Source of the DNA: a virus
DNA: 64,000 bases
Strand: one strand, 5' to 3'
Virus record (IMG/VR): IMGVR_UViG_3300047476_001831
Location: 1 to 64,000 of that record
The position numbers and the translations under genes were made by a program. Below, one piece after another: positions 20,313 to 29,103 of the stretch (position 1 is its first letter; every line of letters starts with the position of its first letter). Below the pieces are notes generated by a model. That model searched no databases. It was not told the origin of the DNA and was given only the letters and a program-made list of their open reading frames with translations.

Positions 20313-21710
20313 ATGAACTTCATTGATGCTTTACAATCAGAGGATACTTTAACGGAAAACGGAATGGTAACAAATTCTTCAACTTTGAACGAATGTGTAA
20401 ACCTATTCTTCACAATTGGTGCTATGAGAGGACAAGATAAGCAAAGACTTATTTCCACATTCTCAAAAGCATTCAATGAGAATCCGTTAACTGCATTGAA
20501 AATCTTATTTTGGGTTAGAGATGTAAGAGGTGGCGCAGGTGAAAGACAAATCTTCCGTGATATTCTAAAATATCTAGTGGAGAATCATCCGAATGTAGTA
20601 AAACAAAACATTCAAGCAATACCACATTTTGGTAGATGGGATGACCTTTCAGTTCTTTTTGGTACCGAGTTGGAAGCTGATGCTACCAATATGTTTGTAA
20701 GTGGTCTAATTGTAGAAAATGGACTATGTGCAAAGTGGATACCAAGAAAGGGTGTTATCTTCAATGCAATTAGAAAGGTATTGAAAACCACCCCTAAAAA
20801 CCTTCGTAATCTGTTGGTAGGAATTTCTAATACTGTTGAGCAAAAGATGTGTGCTAACCAATGGAATGAGATTGAGTATGAAAAGACTCCATCATTGGCT
20901 ATGGGTAGATACACAAAGGCTTTTGCAAAACACGACTTAGGTGGTTTTACTGAGTATTTAAATAAGTTAAAAAAAGGAGAAACCAAAGTCAATGCGGGTG
21001 CTGTATATCCTTACAATGTGGTTCAAACAATGAATCAAGGTAGTTGGGAATTAGCAAACGAGCAATGGAAATCTTTACCAAACTTTATGGAAGGTACAAC
21101 TGAAAGGATTTTACCTGTGGTTGATGTATCTGGGTCAATGGGTTCAGTAGTTTCTGGTAGTATAACTTGTCTAGATGTAGCAATTTCTTTGGGATTATAT
21201 ATCTCTGAAAGAAATGAAGGGGTGTTCAAAGATAGTTTCATTACTTTCTCTGAAAAACCTCAACTTCAAGTACTTTCAGGTTCATTGAGAGAACGTTACA
21301 ACCAAATGAGTCAAGCTGATTGGGGTATGAATACAAATCTTGAATTAGTATTTAATGTTGTCCTAAATCAAGCTTTGAAACACAAAGTTCTGCCTGAAGA
21401 TATGCCTTCTAAAATATTGATTATGTCTGATATGGAATTTGACCAAGCTACAAGACAATCTGAAAGTGCGATACAGATGATTAGAAGACAATATGAAGAA
21501 AGTGGTTATTCACTACCACAAATCATATTTTGGAACATCCAATCTAGGGGAGGAAACTTCCCAGTAAGACATAATGAATCGGGGACTGCATTAATCTCAG
21601 GACTTTCACCAAGTATTGTAAAGTCAGTATTGGGTGGAAAAGAGATGACACCAATATCTATTATGAATGAGACAATCAATTCAGAAAGATATTCAATCAT
21701 CGAGATGTAA
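20313..21710 (+). CDS. DUF2828-family TROVE/Ro60-like protein with C-terminal vWA domain
   Basis: TENG, RDVRGGAGER, GRWDDL, AKWIPR, vWA MIDAS DVSGSM, SDMEFD, FWN. Confidence 0.85.
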   Translation: MNFIDALQSEDTLTENGMVTNSSTLNECVNLFFTIGAMRGQDKQRLISTFSKAFNENPLTALKILFWVRDVRGGAGERQIFRDILKYLVENHPNVVKQNIQAIPHFGRWDDLSVLFGTELEADATNMFVSGLIVENGLCAKWIPRKGVIFNAIRKVLKTTPKNLRNLLVGISNTVEQKMCANQWNEIEYEKTPSLAMGRYTKAFAKHDLGGFTEYLNKLKKGETKVNAGAVYPYNVVQTMNQGSWELANEQWKSLPNFMEGTTERILPVVDVSGSMGSVVSGSITCLDVAISLGLYISERNEGVFKDSFITFSEKPQLQVLSGSLRERYNQMSQADWGMNTNLELVFNVVLNQALKHKVLPEDMPSKILIMSDMEFDQATRQSESAIQMIRRQYEESGYSLPQIIFWNIQSRGGNFPVRHNESGTALISGLSPSIVKSVLGGKEMTPISIMNETINSERYSIIEM

Positions 21711-22041
21711 AAGAAAAAGGAAAAATTGGTTCATAAAGAATGATTCCTGCAAACTAACAAACATTGAATCATTTATATAAGAACCGAGTTGGTTTACTCA
21801 TTTTCCCAATCGCAAGGGAATAAATAAAAAAATCAAAAAACTCATTCTGAGACCAATTTTTCCATTTTTCTTTACTTAATGAAACTTTTTAATTAATTTA
21901 GCGTTATATAGAACAAAGGATAGATTCAGCAAACTATAAATCAAAACTTGTAAATTTGAAAAAAACTATCCTGACAATTTAGGTAATAACGAATGGGTTC
22001 AGCAATTGACTTTTGAATGCAAACCAAAAAAACCATTCCGA
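21707..22041 (+). ncRNA. Three related structured RNA units (21737-21850, 21917-21974, 21991-22041)
   Basis: Each is stem + TTC(A/CT)GCAA + A-run + complementary stem; unit 1 sits inside a long stem (21707-21743 with 21842-21875). Confidence 0.55.
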
Positions 22042-22087
22042 ACCAAACTTTTTAATAATTTAGTAATACTTATATACAAATAAAACA

Positions 22088-22183
22088 ATGAGAAACTCAA
22101 TCAATCATATTAGTAAGTCAGTACAGCCGCAATTTAGCAATTGTTGGTCGACTAATCCGTATGGTTCAGATAGAGTGTCGTAA
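22088..22183 (+). CDS. Leader peptide 1 MRNSINHISKSVQPQFSNCWSTNPYGSDRVS (tRNA cluster 1 attenuator)
   Basis: 31-codon ORF; TGGTTCAG (22162-22169) is complementary to the terminator 5' arm. Confidence 0.75.
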   Translation: MRNSINHISKSVQPQFSNCWSTNPYGSDRVS

Positions 22184-22211
22184 TAGGTATAAAGTAATAA
22201 TTTTTATATGA

Positions 22212-22243
22212 GACCCTGAACCAAAAAAGTTTAGGGTTTTTTT
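22212..22243 (+). terminator. Attenuator terminator before tRNA cluster 1
   Basis: GACCCTGAAC-caaaaaa-GTTTAGGGTT followed by a U tract. Confidence 0.8.
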
Positions 22244-22245
22244 GT

Positions 22246-22257
22246 GTTCTTTGACAT
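22246..22257 (+). promoter_or_regulatory. boxA-like antitermination element
   Basis: GTTCTTTGACAT just before the first tRNA, resembling rrn boxA. Confidence 0.55.
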
Positions 22258-22273
22258 CGTGGGTAAAATATAC

Positions 22274-22346
22274 TCCCCCTTGGTATAATGGTTGATTACA
22301 TCAGATTTTGATTCTGAGGATGGTGGTTCGATTCCATCAGGGGGAA
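22274..22346 (+). tRNA. tRNA-Gln(TTG)
   Basis: Cloverleaf, TCAGA-ttTTGat-TCTGA. Confidence 0.9.
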
Positions 22347-22366
22347 CTTAAAAAAATTACAAAACA

Positions 22367-22398
22367 TTTGGAAATATCAAAAATTGATTGTAGTTTTG
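22367..22398 (+). promoter_or_regulatory. Bacteroidetes sigma-A-type promoter
   Basis: TTTG-N20-TAGTTTTG; similar at 22916, 25654, 30518. Confidence 0.65.
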
Positions 22399-22475
22399 TG
22401 GAAGAGTAAGGAAAGGTCGTAGGTAGCACTGTCCACAACCAGCCTTAAACGTGGTGGATACTTACTCTAATTTAT

Positions 22476-22551
22476 GGTGGGATTGCCAAGTTGGTCAAGG
22501 CGAATGGCTGAAGATCATTTAATGTAGGTTCGATTCCTACTCCCACCACCA
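22476..22551 (+). tRNA. tRNA-Phe(GAA)
   Basis: Cloverleaf, ctGAAga loop, encoded CCA. Confidence 0.9.
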
Positions 22552-22558
22552 AACAAAT

Positions 22559-22633
22559 GTGGTATGTACCCCAACTGGTAGAGGGGCATCATTGTGGATG
22601 ATGTATGTGTGGGTTCAAATCCCATCATACCAC
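22559..22633 (+). tRNA. tRNA-His(GTG)
   Basis: ttGTGga loop, encoded G-1:C73. Confidence 0.9.
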
Positions 22634-22643
22634 CAAACAAATT

Positions 22644-22726
22644 GGAAGAGGTCCGAATGGACGAGGACACTGTCTTGAAAACAGCTGGGCGTAATTGCTT
22701 TGGGGGTTCGATTCCCTTCTCTTCCG
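22644..22726 (+). tRNA. tRNA-Ser(TGA)
   Basis: ctTGAaa loop, long variable arm, G73. Confidence 0.9.
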
Positions 22727-22739
22727 CAACTTATAAAAT

Positions 22740-22811
22740 GTCTCTATGGTGAAAAGGCAATCACACTTGACTGTTAATCAAGTATTCCTGGTTCGAGTCC
22801 AGGTGGGGACG
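22740..22811 (+). tRNA. tRNA-Asn(GTT)
   Basis: CTTGA-ctGTTaa-TCAAG. Confidence 0.9.
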
Positions 22812-22820
22812 CAACTTTTT

Positions 22821-22893
22821 AGTCCCATAGTTCAACGGATTAGAACCTATCACTACGGATGATAAGATACCTGTTCGAATCGGGTTGGGACTA
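22821..22893 (+). tRNA. tRNA-Arg(ACG)
   Basis: TATCA-ctACGga-TGATA. Confidence 0.9.
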
Positions 22894-23131
22894 CAAAAAA
22901 AAACTTTACTTATTATTTGGAAATAAGAAAAACAAATTGTAGTTTTACATAACAATAAAAAATAATAAAAAAATGAGAAATTTAATGTTCATCTTGGTTT
23001 TCGGTTTTGTACTTAGTATTCTATTACCTCTTCCAAAATTAATAGGCACACCTATGACACTTGTTGTTTTAGGTTTGATTTTGGGAGTAGTGTCAATTTT
23101 AGAAAACACAAGAAAAAAAGTTTAATCAATT

Positions 23132-23216
23132 GGAGGGTAAAGTAATCAGGGTCATTACCACCGCCTGCTAAGCGAGTGATACCAATAGGTATGTGTTTCG
23201 AGTACACTGTCCTCCA
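23132..23216 (+). tRNA. tRNA-Ser(GCT)
   Basis: ctGCTaa loop, long variable arm. Confidence 0.8.
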
Positions 23217-23378
23217 CAAAAAATTAAAAAATGTTATTAATTATTGGTCTTTTATTTTTGATAATTGGAGTAATCTTATTAGTTTTGTCTTTCATCAAAA
23301 GAAACTCGGATTTGTTTGTAATAGGATTTATATTTCTAATCGTTCTTTTGTTGGGAATTATTTATGGTTTAATAATAT

Positions 23379-23453
23379 AGGGGTGTAGCTCAGTTGGTTA
23401 AGAGTACTAGTTTTGGGAACTAGTGGTCGCAGGTTCGAGCCCTGTCACCCCTA
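23379..23453 (+). tRNA. tRNA-Pro(TGG)
   Basis: CTAGT-ttTGGga-ACTAG. Confidence 0.92.
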
Positions 23454-23463
23454 CAATACATTT

Positions 23464-23538
23464 TGTCCTGTAACTCAGTTGGTTTAGAGTACTACGCTGA
23501 TACCGTAGGTGCCGTGGGTTCAAGTCCCACCAGGACAA
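23464..23538 (+). tRNA. tRNA-Ile(GAT)
   Basis: CTACG-ctGATac-CGTAG. Confidence 0.9.
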
Positions 23539-23562
23539 CTATTTTTTTAATACTTAAAAATT

Positions 23563-23967
23563 ATGAATCAAGAATTTGTACCCTTTGAAGAATCCTTGGA
23601 ATTAAAAGAAATGGGATTTGATGAATTATGTTTTGGATATTACTCGAATGGTCAAATAACGAATGTTGACTTGAATTGGGTAAGTACTTCAATCAATCCC
23701 CCCACTTTAATTGATGGTGGATTCTATAGTATGAAAAATAGTGACACCACTAATGAACTTAATTGCACTGCACCAATCTATTCACAAGTATTCCATTGGT
23801 TTATGGAAACCCATAAAATAGATTCCAGTGTGATGGAAATGAAGTTTGTGATTGAGTCTGATGAAGATTTACCGAAATGGTTTTATGGGTTCAATAATTA
23901 TGACGAAACAAAATTAGGATGTTTAAGACAATTAATTAGAAAGGTTAAAAAAAATGGAAAGGGTTAA
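23563..23967 (+). CDS. Phage hypothetical protein
   Basis: EFVPFE.SLELKE.GFDE.C..APIYSQVF.WF. Confidence 0.7.
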   Translation: MNQEFVPFEESLELKEMGFDELCFGYYSNGQITNVDLNWVSTSINPPTLIDGGFYSMKNSDTTNELNCTAPIYSQVFHWFMETHKIDSSVMEMKFVIESDEDLPKWFYGFNNYDETKLGCLRQLIRKVKKNGKG

Positions 23968-24211
23968 AATTGGTGAATACAAAATTGGGGATAATTTGAT
24001 TATCGAATTTGGTGAAAACAATCCCAACAATAAGGAAGTTCAGGTTAGAGCGATAGTTGATATGGAGGTTGTAATTTTATTGGATAAGAATCAAAATTAT
24101 TTAATGGAAACAGTAAAATATATGAATCTTTTATGTAGATTTGGGAACGTTATTCGTGAAAAGAATGATGTGAGATTTCAAACCGAATTAATTCACGACC
24201 CAAGAATCTAA
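23954..24211 (+). CDS. Hypothetical protein
   Basis: ORF track. Confidence 0.55.
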   Translation: MERVKIGEYKIGDNLIIEFGENNPNNKEVQVRAIVDMEVVILLDKNQNYLMETVKYMNLLCRFGNVIREKNDVRFQTELIHDPRI

Positions 24212-24214
24212 ATT

Positions 24215-24511
24215 ATGCTAAAAAGAATTATCAAAAGGAGTACTTGTAAGTTTTACGAATCAATTAGAAACCGATTTAATATGGAGTGTGTGTTGAGAGA
24301 AGGTGATTATGTTTATGATATTGAGGATGGGAGTGAATGGTTGTTATTGGAAAATCCCAATAAAGGTGGTTCGGCAAAAAGTATTTGTACATTTGCGCCT
24401 GAAGGTTGTGTGTATAAAATAGGAACACCATTCAAAAGATGTTATTTTGATGAGTTTGGTAAATTGAGAAAATACCTCAAAAGAGGTATGAACCCAGAAA
24501 GAAATTTTTAA
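24215..24511 (+). CDS. Hypothetical protein
   Basis: ORF track. Confidence 0.55.
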   Translation: MLKRIIKRSTCKFYESIRNRFNMECVLREGDYVYDIEDGSEWLLLENPNKGGSAKSICTFAPEGCVYKIGTPFKRCYFDEFGKLRKYLKRGMNPERNF

Positions 24512-24516
24512 TTAAT

Positions 24517-24591
24517 GACCCTGTGGCTTAGCTGGTTTAAAGCACAATACTTTTAATATTGGGATCGGGAGTTCGAATCTCCCCAGGGTCA
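24517..24591 (+). tRNA. tRNA-Lys(TTT)
   Basis: CAATA-ctTTTaa-TATTG. Confidence 0.92.
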
Positions 24592-24816
24592 CTTAGGTAT
24601 AGTTTGGATTATTAATCCCATTGAACTTGCGGTTACTTTATATGTGAATAATGAAGGGGTAAAATTAATACCCATTTGTTTGAAATCGAAAACTTCGAAT
24701 TCTTGTTCCTCATAAACTCCAACAATCGAACTTGTTTCGTTATTGATGTATAAGGAATCAAAGGTTTTTAAGTTTATTACTAAACCTATTTCAACTGGGG
24801 GGATAAGTATTGTCAT
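24589..24816 (-). CDS. Hypothetical protein, antisense to the tRNA cluster
   Basis: 75 aa ORF preceded by TATTTAT on the minus strand. Confidence 0.5.
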   Translation of the reverse strand: MTILIPPVEIGLVINLKTFDSLYINNETSSIVGVYEEQEFEVFDFKQMGINFTPSLFTYKVTASSMGLIIQTIPK

Positions 24817-24860
24817 TTAATGGTTTTGTTAAATAAATATTGAATTTAAATTAAATTTTT

Positions 24861-25544
24861 ATGTCAACAACTTGGAATGAAATTTGGAAAAATAGGAAGG
24901 TAGAATTTGATTCGTTGGATTATTCTAATTTATTGAAACTGAATGGTTATGATGGTCCTCAAAGTAATCTAACTCCACAAAATTTAAATCTAGCTCATAA
25001 GATTTATGCGGAAAAAATGAATTTAAAACCTAATCAGAGTATTTTTGAGGTTGGTTGTGGGGCAGGTTCTTTCCTGTACAATTGGTATAATAGTGGACAT
25101 AAAGTTGGTGGATGTGACATATCTAAAAACTTATTGGAATGTACAAAAAAAATCTTACCAAGAGGTGAATGGTATTTAGCTTCAGATAGTGAATTTGAAA
25201 AAGAGCCTAAATGGGATCACTTGGTATCTTTTGGTGTGTGTATGTATTTAACACCAAGAGAGGTTTTGAATTTAATCGATAGAATGATAAATAAAGCGAA
25301 TTTTAGTGTATCATTATTCGAAATCTCTGATTTAGACAAGATGATAGATTGTGAAAAAGAAAGAAGAAGAATGATTCCTAATTATGAGGTTAAATACAAA
25401 GACTTAAACCATTTTTATCATAGTAAAAATGATATTTCTGAACATTTAAATAAGTTAGGTTTAAATTATACCATTTATGATCAATACATACCTGGTTATG
25501 AAAATTCTAAATGGAGATTTAATGTAACTATTAATTTGGTTTGA
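24861..25544 (+). CDS. Class I SAM-dependent methyltransferase
   Basis: IFEVGCGAG motif I, GCDIS motif II. Confidence 0.85.
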   Translation: MSTTWNEIWKNRKVEFDSLDYSNLLKLNGYDGPQSNLTPQNLNLAHKIYAEKMNLKPNQSIFEVGCGAGSFLYNWYNSGHKVGGCDISKNLLECTKKILPRGEWYLASDSEFEKEPKWDHLVSFGVCMYLTPREVLNLIDRMINKANFSVSLFEISDLDKMIDCEKERRRMIPNYEVKYKDLNHFYHSKNDISEHLNKLGLNYTIYDQYIPGYENSKWRFNVTINLV

Positions 25545-25558
25545 TTAATATAAATTCT

Positions 25559-25633
25559 ACTTCCTTAGCTCAGTTGGTTTAGAGTAACATCCTTACAAGG
25601 TGAAGGTCATTGGTTCGAATCCAATAGGAAGTA
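25559..25633 (+). tRNA. tRNA-Val(TAC)
   Basis: ctTACaa loop, cloverleaf. Confidence 0.88.
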
Positions 25634-25694
25634 CAAAAAAACTTTACAAAGTGTTTGGAAATATGAAAAACAAGTTGTAAGTTTGTAAGACACT

Positions 25695-25770
25695 AGTTTT
25701 GTAGCTTAATGTGTGAAAGCGTTCAATGGGTAACTGTTGAAAGATTTAGGTTAGAATCCTGTCAGGACTA
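25695..25770 (+). tRNA. Degenerate tRNA-like element with non-canonical anticodon arm
   Basis: Acceptor AGTTTTG/CAGGACT, D and T arms present, 8-nt loop GGGTAACT. Confidence 0.45.
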
Positions 25771-25972
25771 CAAAAAAAATGTACCTCGATGCCTCTCATA
25801 AGAACGGCACACTAGCAGAGGTCTTGTTGCTTGTAAACGAATAGCCCAAGGTATAAGTTAGGAAGCTTAACTCAACCTATCCCCCACTGACGAGTGGGGT
25901 GAAGTTGGGGGATTAAAAAGAAATATTATATATCTGCAATATATAAAATTCATTAACTTAAAAACAATCAAT

Positions 25973-26938
25973 ATGAAAAAATTAACTTTATTTATTTTAA
26001 TCAATTTTTTTTTAAACAATTTTAATTGTTACTCTCAAATAAAAACTTTAGAAGTCAGTAAACAAAAAGAAATTTTAGATACAATAACATATGACAGCTC
26101 AAAAAATTTTTTAGGCGAGAATGTTTATATGTATAAAAATCAAGAATTATATGTAATGCCACAACACCCTAGTTTAAGGAAATATGGGTATAGTTATTTT
26201 TACACTGACTATAAAAAGGAGGTAAAATACAAGTGTTGTGATGGTATTGGTTCAAAATATAGTGATTTAGTTGGTCAATATTTTCTTGTCGTAGATATAA
26301 TAAAAATAGAAAAATCTGTTGATGATATTGTAGATACCGATAAGTTTTACCTCAAATTAAGGAATAAAAAAACATCTGAAATACTATACTTCAAATATAA
26401 CACCAAATATGAATCTGATTTTCCTTTTTTAGTTGTTGGATATTATGAAAAACAAAATGAAATTAATGTTGGTAAAGAAATTATTCTAAAAAATGGAAAA
26501 TGGTTAGAAATATGGTATGGTAAAGGAGAACCAATAATAGATTTAAAGACCGGTAGTATTTTGAATATTCAACAAGGTAGTAAATGGAAATGTGTAAATG
26601 TTATGGTTGAGGAGAAATGTTTTACTTTTGCTATGATTTTAGAAAATAATTTAGGACACACAATATTTTTACCATTATCATCATATAATAAACCAAGTTT
26701 CAAGATACAATGGGGAATATATAATCCGATAGAGGTAAAAAATTATATTGAAAGATTTGGTGTTGAGAATTGGGAAATAATTTTGAATAGTGAAATAAAA
26801 ATTGGATTTACTGAAGAAATGGTTAAACTTGCTTGGGGGTTACCTAAAAAAATAAACAGAACGTCTGGTTTGGATCAATGGGTTTATGAAAATCAATATC
26901 TTTACTTTAACAATGGTAAATTAGAAGCGTATAATTAA
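25973..26938 (+). CDS. Secreted/periplasmic hypothetical protein (host-like)
   Basis: Signal peptide; C-terminal IGFTEEMV..AWG.P..IN..QWVY..YLYF.NGKL domain. Confidence 0.7.
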   Translation: MKKLTLFILINFFLNNFNCYSQIKTLEVSKQKEILDTITYDSSKNFLGENVYMYKNQELYVMPQHPSLRKYGYSYFYTDYKKEVKYKCCDGIGSKYSDLVGQYFLVVDIIKIEKSVDDIVDTDKFYLKLRNKKTSEILYFKYNTKYESDFPFLVVGYYEKQNEINVGKEIILKNGKWLEIWYGKGEPIIDLKTGSILNIQQGSKWKCVNVMVEEKCFTFAMILENNLGHTIFLPLSSYNKPSFKIQWGIYNPIEVKNYIERFGVENWEIILNSEIKIGFTEEMVKLAWGLPKKINRTSGLDQWVYENQYLYFNNGKLEAYN

Positions 26939-26948
26939 TTATAAAATT

Positions 26949-27033
26949 GGTCGGGTGGCCGAGTTGGTTAAGGCAATAGTCTGCAAAACTATCGAAAAAC
27001 ATTTCATCGTGGGTTCAAGTCCCACCCCGACCT
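26949..27033 (+). tRNA. tRNA-Cys(GCA) with extended variable region
   Basis: ATAGT-ctGCAaa-ACTAT, U73, 16-nt variable region. Confidence 0.85.
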
Positions 27034-27085
27034 CAAAAAATAGTTCAGTTAGTTATTTTTACTCATTTTGTTGATATTTATATAT

Positions 27086-27817
27086 ATGAAATGGAATGAT
27101 AACGATATTGAAAAATTGATTGATTTAGTTAATCAAGGATTAAAACCGAATAGGATTGCTGAGATTTTTGGGGTTTCGTATAAAACGATAACTAACAAAA
27201 TGTTTAGGATGGGTTTACAAGTAATTTATACGACAAATAAAACTTGTAAAAATTGTGGTAATAGTTTTGAATCTTATTTGAGTAAAAACAAATTGTTTTG
27301 TAATTCATCTTGTTCAACGACATTCAATAATAAAAATCGTAAACATACTGAAGAAACTAAAAATAAAATTGCAAAAACCCTAAAGAATAAGCCAACTAAA
27401 CCTAAAGTTAAAAAAATCAAAACTTGTAGGATTTGTAATAACGAGGTTGTTGAAAAATATAAGATTGTTTGTGAAGATTGTAGATTGGAGTATTATCAAT
27501 ATTATAGACCTTCTTGTACTTTTCAGTTTGATGTAAAAGATTATCCACAAGAATTTGATTTGAGTTTAATTGAACAACATGGATGGTATTCTCCAACAAA
27601 TAAAAAAAATAATTTAGGGGGTGTCACAAAAGACCATAAATATTCAGTGATGGAGGGTTTTAGAAATAAGATAGACCCAAGTATTTTATCACATCCTGTA
27701 AATTGTAAATTACTTTTATTTTCAGAGAATTCATCCAAAAATGATAAATCATCATTAACCTTAAATGAACTACTTGAAAATATTGAAATTTGGAATAAAA
27801 AATACGGAAATAGTTAA
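27086..27817 (+). CDS. Putative free-standing homing endonuclease (HTH, Zn fingers, NUMOD3-like, HNH-like C-terminus)
   Basis: CKNC..FCNSSC, HTEETKNKI, DHKYS..HPVNC..N..KN; inserted between tRNAs. Confidence 0.6.
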   Translation: MKWNDNDIEKLIDLVNQGLKPNRIAEIFGVSYKTITNKMFRMGLQVIYTTNKTCKNCGNSFESYLSKNKLFCNSSCSTTFNNKNRKHTEETKNKIAKTLKNKPTKPKVKKIKTCRICNNEVVEKYKIVCEDCRLEYYQYYRPSCTFQFDVKDYPQEFDLSLIEQHGWYSPTNKKNNLGGVTKDHKYSVMEGFRNKIDPSILSHPVNCKLLLFSENSSKNDKSSLTLNELLENIEIWNKKYGNS

Positions 27818-27845
27818 AAGTTATTATTATCTTTACATAACATAT

Positions 27846-27920
27846 GGGGATGTAGCTCAATTGGTTTAGAGTGGTGGTCTCCAAAACCACAGGTTATAGG
27901 TTCGAGTCCTATCGTCCTCG
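27846..27920 (+). tRNA. tRNA-Trp(CCA)
   Basis: GTGGT-ctCCAaa-ACCAC. Confidence 0.92.
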
Positions 27921-27934
27921 CAAAACTTAAAAAA

Positions 27935-28135
27935 ATGAAAGAAATTAAATACAGATTTTTGTTAACTTTTTATTCGGCTTTTATTTTTTTTCTAATTATG
28001 ATTCCACAGATTCTAATTAGTAAACACATTTTTAATTTGAAATTTAATGAATATCTAATGTGGGGTGTTTTATATATCTCATATGATTTCACAACAAAAT
28101 TTATTTTACCCAAGAAAAAGAAAAAAGATATTTAA
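27935..28135 (+). CDS. Small membrane protein
   Basis: Hydrophobic ORF. Confidence 0.5.
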   Translation: MKEIKYRFLLTFYSAFIFFLIMIPQILISKHIFNLKFNEYLMWGVLYISYDFTTKFILPKKKKKDI

Positions 28136-28136
28136 T

Positions 28137-28457
28137 ATGGTAAGGGATTACATAATCGAGACATTATTGAAAATAAAAGAACACGATGAAAAGGTACATA
28201 AACTCTATACTCTCGGAGTTGATATTATTGACTTTGACAACTCCTTTTCGCAACTTGAAAAAAGTATTCCGACCTTACTCCGAAAAGAAAAAGACAAACA
28301 ATTCGGATACATTCAGGACTTAGTTGGTTGGTGGTTATACGAAGATGTTGATAAAATAATTTATGTTGATGATATAGAGATTAATGTTGACAAAGTCGTG
28401 GAATTTGTTGACTATTTATTAAGAGAGTATGGAACAAATGACATACCCACAAATTAG
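28137..28457 (+). CDS. Hypothetical protein
   Basis: Probable start MVRDYII; WWLYE motif. Confidence 0.6.
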   Translation: MVRDYIIETLLKIKEHDEKVHKLYTLGVDIIDFDNSFSQLEKSIPTLLRKEKDKQFGYIQDLVGWWLYEDVDKIIYVDDIEINVDKVVEFVDYLLREYGTNDIPTN

Positions 28458-28459
28458 AT

Positions 28460-29101
28460 ATGGCTTATATTGAAAGTAATTTTTTCCCACTTAAAGTTTA
28501 TGTTCGTAATGAATATATGTATCAGAACCAAAAAGGTTTTGGGGAGTTTACTGAGGCTGTAATCACATCAATTAGATGTTTACCTGGACAAGCAACATTA
28601 TTTCAAGTATTGTTAAATAATGGTGTTATGAGAGATAAATTACCCTCTCATGCCTTGTTAACAAAACCTGAATTACCAAATCCTGATTTTCCATTTCATT
28701 ACCTACAAATATGGAACTCTTTTTCTTACAATTTCTCACTTATACAATTGAATTATTTACCTAATGCACCAGTCAGTGTTTTTATGAAAAACAAAAAATG
28801 GATGGATGGTAATTATTTTGCAACAATAAATTGGGGATCAAGTGATATGAACACCAATCTAAGTTTAGCTGAGGATGGTATGGAACACAAGTGTCACCAT
28901 ATTATATTACTAAAAAATGGACAAATTGCATTACAACCGAATAATAGAATTAAATGGTTTGAAGCAAGTTTTGTAACCAAAGATTTTCCTAAAAAACCTG
29001 ATTATTTGGTTAATGACCAAATATGGAATTGTGAAACAACAGAAAAGTGGGCAACTGAAGATTCGGATTATATGTTCTACGATAACGATTTAAAAAATTA
29101 A
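28460..29101 (+). CDS. Conserved phage hypothetical protein
   Basis: VRNEY, LQIWNSFS, EHKCHH..GQIALQPNNRI.W. Confidence 0.75.
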   Translation: MAYIESNFFPLKVYVRNEYMYQNQKGFGEFTEAVITSIRCLPGQATLFQVLLNNGVMRDKLPSHALLTKPELPNPDFPFHYLQIWNSFSYNFSLIQLNYLPNAPVSVFMKNKKWMDGNYFATINWGSSDMNTNLSLAEDGMEHKCHHIILLKNGQIALQPNNRIKWFEASFVTKDFPKKPDYLVNDQIWNCETTEKWATEDSDYMFYDNDLKN

Positions 29102-29103
29102 TT

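Noticed and set aside
21737-22041. Possible CRISPR mini-array
   Set aside because: Units share structure and a short motif rather than identical repeats, spacing is irregular, and no cas genes are present
25880-25912. Hammerhead ribozyme (CTGACGAG)
   Set aside because: No correctly placed GAAA and stems I/III found; it reads as a simple hairpin
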